A DNA stretch of 64,000 nucleotides from Candidatus Eiseniibacteriota bacterium (GTDB lineage: Bacteria; ARS69): positions 1-64,000 of the forward strand of contig JBQTGV010000165.1 in the NCBI GenBank assembly GCA_052390515.1. Direction: 5' to 3'. The notes below the pieces were generated by a model, which saw only the letters and a program-made list of their open reading frames with translations, searched no databases and had not been told where the DNA came from. How positions within the stretch are numbered: position 1 is the first letter of the stretch; each line of letters begins with the position of its first letter. This document shows positions 58,715 through 64,000 of this stretch, piece after piece. The position numbers were made by a program, and so were the translations under genes.

Positions 58715-61416
58715 CGCCCGGAGATCCTCGCCCAGGCTGGGCCGTCGACTACCGGTACTCCGGCGAGCCCGCGCGGTAGCCCGGCTATCCCACGCGCGAG
58801 TCCCGGCGTCACGCGGACCGGCAGCGTCAACAGCATTCCATCCAGCGCCAGGCCGGCGGCTCCTCCCGGTCGCAGCCCGAGCGCCGCTGCGTCCTCGGGC
58901 GAGATGGCCAGGTAGACATCGGGCGACAGCTCCGCGACGCCGGGTGCCGCTGCGCTGAGCTCCTCGGAGCCGAACACGTGATGCAGCGCGACGAGCAGGA
59001 GCTCGCCCGCGCGCGGCCGGAAGGCGTCGGCGGGCGGGAAGTAGTCGGGCCGTGCGGAGGCGTTCGGCTCGAGGAGCCGCACGCCGGAGTCCCCGTCGCG
59101 CAGCGGCCCGCCGATCTCCTCCTGGAAGCGGTTCAGCGCCTGGATCGAGTTCCAACCCGGCGCCCAGAAGCGCGCCGCCACGGCGGCCGGAAGCGGACCC
59201 TCGTAACCTTCCATGGAGAACGAGAACGACGAGTCGGGATCGGCCGGCGGCTTGGGCTCGTGAACGCTCGTGTGCGCGCGCATCGCCGTCCGGCCGCTGT
59301 AGCGGTGGGACGCGCGGGGAACGGTCACGCCCTCGATGTCCATTTCGGCGGCCGGCGTGGCGCGGACGAGATCCCGGCAGGCGGGGAGGGCGGCGGCGGC
59401 AGCGGCGGTCACGTCCTGCACGCGGTTCCAGCCGTCCATTTCCGTGCGACCCGCCGCGCGCGCGGCGTCTCGCAGCCATCGCCAGCTCTCCTGGATCTCC
59501 GTCTCCGGCACGAACACCTGGTAGAAGCGCTGGGCCCGCGCCTCGTTGTTGACGTGGGTGCCGTCGCTCTCCGCGAAGGTGGCGGCGGGCAGGACTACCT
59601 CGGCGCGCTCGGCGGTCGCGTGGGGCAGGTGGTCCAGGACGACGAGATGACGCACCGCGCCGAGGAGGCGTTCCACCGCGGGCGCGGGGAGGCGCCGCGA
59701 CAAGTCGTTCTCGAGAACGATCACCGTGTCGACCTCGCCCTGCTCCACGCGCGGCAGGACGGCTTCGAGGGCGGGCGCCCCGAACAGGGCGAGGCCGAAG
59801 CTGTCGCACTCCGGAAGGACGGAGAAGAGACGGGCGGGACGACCCGCGCGGGAGAGCGCGCACGCCACGTTCGCGGCGCTCTCCAGGATGGACGCGCTTC
59901 CCGCGCCGGTGCCGGTCACCACGAGCGGCGCCTTCGCGTCGCGGAGTGCCGCGGCGATCTCGGCGACCAGGGCGGAGGTTTCGGCGGACAGCCCGGGTAC
60001 CTCGGGCGCAACCGGATCCAGGGCCCGCGCCACCGCGCACGCGAGCCGGGCGACGTCGTCGGGTGCGGCGCGCAGCGACCGCGTGGCCGCGTCGTCGAGG
60101 GACGAGGGACCGGCGGTCGCGACGAAGAGCGGCCCGCGGCGGCCCTGCACCGCGGTGCGCATCGCGTCGGCGTGCCAGAGCGGGATCTGCAGCTTGGCCG
60201 CCGCTTCCTCCGGCGCGCGCTTGACCGCCTGACGGATGGCCAGGTCCGCGAGCGGGGCGGTGTTGGTCACGTCCTCGCCGAGCACCAGGACCGCATCGCA
60301 CGACTCCATCTCACGCAGGGAGGGCAGGGCGAAGCCCCCGCGCCCGAGGATGGAGAGCCACAGCGCCGCGAGCTCGGCGTCGCGGGAGGAGATCCCCTGG
60401 AAGAAGCGGTCGGGACCGACCAGCGTGCGCAGGGCGAAGTTCGCCTCCACCGACGCGCGGGGAGAGCCGACGCCGAACGCCTTCCCGCCGCGGAGCAGCT
60501 CGGCCACCCGCGCGACGGCCACGTCCCGCGGCGCGTCCTGCAGCGAAGTGTTCGCCGCGGCGCGAACCCGGGGGTGGCGGATCCGCCGATCGTCGTTGGC
60601 GAACTCGTAGCCGAACCGGCCGCGGTCGCAGAGGAAGTACCCGTTGACCTTGCCATGGTAGCGCGCGCGGATGCGGCGCAGCGCTCCGTAGCGTTCGCCC
60701 GGGCTCGTGCTGCATCCCAGGCTGCAGTGCACGCACACCGACGGGGCGGTCTGCAGGTCCCACGGCCGCGTGTAGTGCCGCTTGAACGTCTTGTCGGTGA
60801 AGACGCCGGTGGGGCAAACCTCGATCAGGTTGCCGGAGAAGGGGGACTCCAGGGTTCCGTCCGCGTGCCGCCCGAAGTACACATGATCGTGGGCGGCGAA
60901 GGCCTGCAGATCGGTTCCGCCGGCGTGGTCCCGGTAGAAGTGCACGCAGCGATAGCACTGGATGCACCGGTTCATCTCGTGATTCACGAACGGCCCGAGA
61001 TCCTGGTTCGTGTACGTCTTCTTGGCGAAGCGGAAGTGTCGCGAGCGATGCCCGGTCATCACCGTCATGTCTTGCAGGTGGCACTCGCCCCCTTCGTCGC
61101 AGATCGGGCAGTCGTGGGGATGGTTCACCATGAGGAGCTCGGTGATGCTCTTGCGGAACTCCTGCGCTTCCGGATCGGCCACGCCCACGCGCGTGCCCTC
61201 CGCTGCCGGCGTCATGCAGGCCATGACGATCCGCCCCGTGGTGTCCTTCTCGTCGCGGAACTGCTTGACCGCGCACTGCCGGCAGGCGCCCACCGAGCCC
61301 AGCGCCGGATGCCAGCAGAAGTAGGGTAGATCGAGCCCCTTCTCCAGGCACACCTGCAGCAGGTTCTTGGCGGCGTCCACATCGTGCTCGACACCGTCGA
61401 TCCAAACGCGGGCCAT
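58711..61416 (-). CDS. nuoG: NADH-quinone oxidoreductase subunit G (long form)
   Basis: FCWHP...[28 protein letters not shown] and CVHCSLGC...C (N7 site). Confidence 0.96.
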   Translation of the reverse strand: MARVWIDGVEHDVDAAKNLLQVCLEKGLDLPYFCWHPALGSVGACRQCAVKQFRDEKDTTGRIVMACMTPAAEGTRVGVADPEAQEFRKSITELLMVNHPHDCPICDEGGECHLQDMTVMTGHRSRHFRFAKKTYTNQDLGPFVNHEMNRCIQCYRCVHFYRDHAGGTDLQAFAAHDHVYFGRHADGTLESPFSGNLIEVCPTGVFTDKTFKRHYTRPWDLQTAPSVCVHCSLGCSTSPGERYGALRRIRARYHGKVNGYFLCDRGRFGYEFANDDRRIRHPRVRAAANTSLQDAPRDVAVARVAELLRGGKAFGVGSPRASVEANFALRTLVGPDRFFQGISSRDAELAALWLSILGRGGFALPSLREMESCDAVLVLGEDVTNTAPLADLAIRQAVKRAPEEAAAKLQIPLWHADAMRTAVQGRRGPLFVATAGPSSLDDAATRSLRAAPDDVARLACAVARALDPVAPEVPGLSAETSALVAEIAAALRDAKAPLVVTGTGAGSASILESAANVACALSRAGRPARLFSVLPECDSFGLALFGAPALEAVLPRVEQGEVDTVIVLENDLSRRLPAPAVERLLGAVRHLVVLDHLPHATAERAEVVLPAATFAESDGTHVNNEARAQRFYQVFVPETEIQESWRWLRDAARAAGRTEMDGWNRVQDVTAAAAAALPACRDLVRATPAAEMDIEGVTVPRASHRYSGRTAMRAHTSVHEPKPPADPDSSFSFSMEGYEGPLPAAVAARFWAPGWNSIQALNRFQEEIGGPLRDGDSGVRLLEPNASARPDYFPPADAFRPRAGELLLVALHHVFGSEELSAAAPGVAELSPDVYLAISPEDAAALGLRPGGAAGLALDGMLLTLPVRVTPGLARGIAGLPRGLAGVPVVDGPAWARISGR

Positions 61417-62708
61417 CAGTGCGTCCTCCACGGGCAGCGCTTCTCGCGCACGTGGCGCTCGAAGTCGCCACGGAAGTACTTGAGCGCGCTGGCCAGCGGG
61501 TCCGCCGCGCCCGGAGCGAGCGCGCAGAACGTGTTTCCGGGTCCGAGCATCCGGCACTGCGCGGCGAGGCGGTCCAGATCCCCGAGTTCGCCGCGGCCCT
61601 CCTCGATCGCCGCGAGCAGCTTCGCGGTCCAGGGCAGCCCGTCGCGGCAGGGCGTGCACCATCCGCAGGATTCCTGGGCGAAGAACGCCTCCAGGTTGTG
61701 CATCATGCCGACCGGGCAGGTGTGGTCGTCGAGCACGACCATCGTGCCCGTGCCCAACCGGCTGCCGGCCTTCGCCACGGCCTCGAAGTCCATCGCCACG
61801 CCGAGGTGCTCCTTCACGAGGAACGCGGTGGAGGCGCCGCCGGGCAACAGTCCGCGGAAGGCCAGGCCGTCGCTCATGCCGCCGGCGTGATCCTCGAGGA
61901 TCTCGCCGAGCTCGGTTCCCATGGGCAGCTCCCAGAGCCCGGGACGTCTCACCCGCCCGCTCGCACCGAAGAGCTTCGTTCCCGCGTCGGCCGCCTTGCC
62001 CAGCTTCCTGTACCACTCGGCGCCGTTCCGGACGATACCCGGCACGTTGCACAGCGTCTCCACGTTCTGCACGATGGTCGGCTGGCCGAAGAGCCCCGAG
62101 GTTTGGGGGAACGGCGGCTTGGCACGCGGGCTCGCCCGCTTGCCCTCCAGCGCGTTGAGCAGCCCGGTCTCCTCGCCGCACATGTAGCGTCCGGCGCTCA
62201 CGTGTATATGGATGGCCAGTGAGTAGTCGCTGCTCAGCACGTTGTGGCCGAGATAGCCGGCGCCCAGCGCCTCGACGATGGCCTGGCGGAGGCGGGCCTC
62301 CGAGGTCTGGTAACCCCAGCGGAGGAAGATGTAGGCGATCTCCGCTCCGATCGCGTAGGCGGAGAGGATCATCCCCTCGAGAAACAGGTGGGGATGCTTC
62401 TCCATCAGCAGGCGATCCTTGAACGTGCCCGGCTCCATCTCGTCGGCGTTCGCGACGAGGTACTTGGGCCGCGGTGCGCTCTCGCCCATCGGGACGAAGC
62501 TCCACTTCACGCCGGTCGGGAATCCGGCGCCGCCCCGGCCGCGGAGGTTGGCCTCCTTGACCAGCTTGGTCACGTCCTCGGGGCGCACGCGGCCGATCGT
62601 CCGGCGCACCGCGTCGTAGCCGCCGACGCGCTCGTACGCCTTCAGGCCGAGCACGTCGTCGCCCGGGAGCATGTCCCCGGTGAGGGGCCGGCGGAGCGCG
62701 TCACTCAT
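61416..62708 (-). CDS. nuoF: NADH-quinone oxidoreductase subunit F
   Basis: [27 protein letters not shown] and ESCGWCTPCR motifs. Confidence 0.97.
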   Translation of the reverse strand: MSDALRRPLTGDMLPGDDVLGLKAYERVGGYDAVRRTIGRVRPEDVTKLVKEANLRGRGGAGFPTGVKWSFVPMGESAPRPKYLVANADEMEPGTFKDRLLMEKHPHLFLEGMILSAYAIGAEIAYIFLRWGYQTSEARLRQAIVEALGAGYLGHNVLSSDYSLAIHIHVSAGRYMCGEETGLLNALEGKRASPRAKPPFPQTSGLFGQPTIVQNVETLCNVPGIVRNGAEWYRKLGKAADAGTKLFGASGRVRRPGLWELPMGTELGEILEDHAGGMSDGLAFRGLLPGGASTAFLVKEHLGVAMDFEAVAKAGSRLGTGTMVVLDDHTCPVGMMHNLEAFFAQESCGWCTPCRDGLPWTAKLLAAIEEGRGELGDLDRLAAQCRMLGPGNTFCALAPGAADPLASALKYFRGDFERHVREKRCPWRTH

Positions 62709-63165
62709 ACTTGGCGAGGATCCCGTCCACGTCGGAGACCTTCAAATCCCGATGCAGATCCTCACCCACGAACATCGCCGGGGCGCGGTCGCAGGTGCCG
62801 AGGCAGGGAATGGGAAGCAGGGTGAAGCGCCCGTCCGGGGTCGACTGCCCGGGTTCGATGCCCAGTTTCTTCACCAGGGCCTCCTTCAACGCGTCGTAGC
62901 CCATGATCCAGCAGCTGACGCTGTCGCAGACGTGGATCACGTGCCGCCCGACCGGGCGGCGGTAGATCAGGTTGTAGAACGTGGCCACGCCGTCGAGCTC
63001 GCTCTCGCTCATCTCCAGGAACTCGGCGATGTCCTGGATGGCCTCGTCCGAGACCCAGCCGCGATGCCGCTGTACGATTCGCAACGCCTCGATGCAGGCC
63101 GCGCTCTTCCTGGGGAAGAGCGGCAGCTCGTGCTCGATCTCGGCTTTCTCCTCGGGACGCAGCAA
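62701..63165 (-). CDS. nuoE: NADH-quinone oxidoreductase subunit E
   Basis: VATFY, CDSVSC and CLGTC (2Fe-2S). Confidence 0.95.
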   Translation of the reverse strand: MLRPEEKAEIEHELPLFPRKSAACIEALRIVQRHRGWVSDEAIQDIAEFLEMSESELDGVATFYNLIYRRPVGRHVIHVCDSVSCWIMGYDALKEALVKKLGIEPGQSTPDGRFTLLPIPCLGTCDRAPAMFVGEDLHRDLKVSDVDGILAKYE

Positions 63166-63187
63166 GGGCTCCTCCTCGGCCTCGCCT

Positions 63188-64000
63188 CTAGCGATCGATG
63201 TCGGCCAGCACGAAGTCGATGCTGCCGAGCAGAACGAGCAGATCCGGGACCATCAACCCGCGCGAGATGGCCGGGAGCATCTGGATGTGAGCGAAGGACG
63301 GCGCGCGGATGCGTGTGCGGTAGGAGTGGATCCCGCCGTCGCTCACCAGGTAGTAGCCGTTGTTGCCCTTGGTCGCCTCGATGCCGACGAATGCCTCGCC
63401 CGGAGGGATCACCGGTCCCCAGCTCACGCCCAGGAAGTGATGAATGAGCGTCTCGATATCGTGCATCGTGCGCTCCTTCGGCGGCGGCGTCGTCAGCGGG
63501 TGGTCGGCGCGGTACGGTCCCTCGGGCATGTTGTCCACGCACTGCTGGATGATGCGCAGGCTCTGGCGAATCTCCTCGATGCGCACGAGCGAGCGGCCGT
63601 AGGAGCAGCCGGTCTCCGCGGTGGGGATGTCGAACTCGAACTGGTCGTAGCCGGCGTAGGGGCGCGCCTTGCGGAAGTCCCAAGGCATGCCGCAGGCGCG
63701 CAGGCCCGGTCCGGTGACGCCCCAGTCGATAGCCTGGTCCAGCGTGTACGCTCCGATGCCCATCGTCCGGCCGCGGAAGATGCTGTTCTTCACGATGGCG
63801 CGGTCGTAGGTGGCCAGGCGCTTCGGTAGATAGGCGAGCAGATCGTCGAAGAGCGTCTTCCAGCCGTGGGGAAGATCCTGCGCGACGCCCCCGATGCGGA
63901 ACCAGTTGGGATGCATGCGGCCGCCGCACACCGCCGCCACGATGTCGAAGCAGCGCTCGCGGTCGTTGAACAGGTAGAACACCGGCGACATCGCCCCGAC
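63188..64000 (-). CDS. nuoD: NADH-quinone oxidoreductase subunit D (probably fused C/D), partial at window edge
   Basis: [24 protein letters not shown] and RIRAPSF motifs; ends DFVLADIDR. Confidence 0.94.
   Translation of the reverse strand, partial: VGAMSPVFYLFNDRERCFDIVAAVCGGRMHPNWFRIGGVAQDLPHGWKTLFDDLLAYLPKRLATYDRAIVKNSIFRGRTMGIGAYTLDQAIDWGVTGPGLRACGMPWDFRKARPYAGYDQFEFDIPTAETGCSYGRSLVRIEEIRQSLRIIQQCVDNMPEGPYRADHPLTTPPPKERTMHDIETLIHHFLGVSWGPVIPPGEAFVGIEATKGNNGYYLVSDGGIHSYRTRIRAPSFAHIQMLPAISRGLMVPDLLVLLGSIDFVLADIDR

Overview
A very GC-rich bacterial chromosome segment. It is probably from an FCB-related candidate lineage such as Eisenbacteria, Krumholzibacteriota or Latescibacterota; this is inferred from FlgD/T9SS-like C-terminal domains and a short 'SWxxIKxxYR' tail on secreted proteins. 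In order it contains: the clpX 3' end, lon, engB and purA; tRNA-Lys; several secreted or surface proteins; a di-haem cytochrome c; lexA; tRNA-Glu; a Phd/VapC toxin-antitoxin pair plus a degenerate antitoxin remnant; an HtrA protease; an SGNH hydrolase; a CPA2 antiporter; cspA; a rearranged pga-like (PNAG) locus; a dedA-pntA2-pntB-kimA-like-cstA run with no transhydrogenase dI subunit; livKHMGF; a PstS-like/TPR/STAS/ExbB/ExbD/ExbD/TonB/TonB operon; an orphan motAB pair; and most of an E. coli-type nuo operon. The strongest leads are (1) the shared C-terminal candidate sorting tail, (2) the dI-less transhydrogenase membrane module beside a K+ transporter, (3) the nuo-motAB-exbBD/tonB cluster with no flagellar genes, (4) a candidate antisense sRNA, and (5) a degenerate Walker A in Lon that may be a sequencing error. 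All calls were made by eye from motifs; no database searches were run. I saw no CRISPR array, integrase or transposase.
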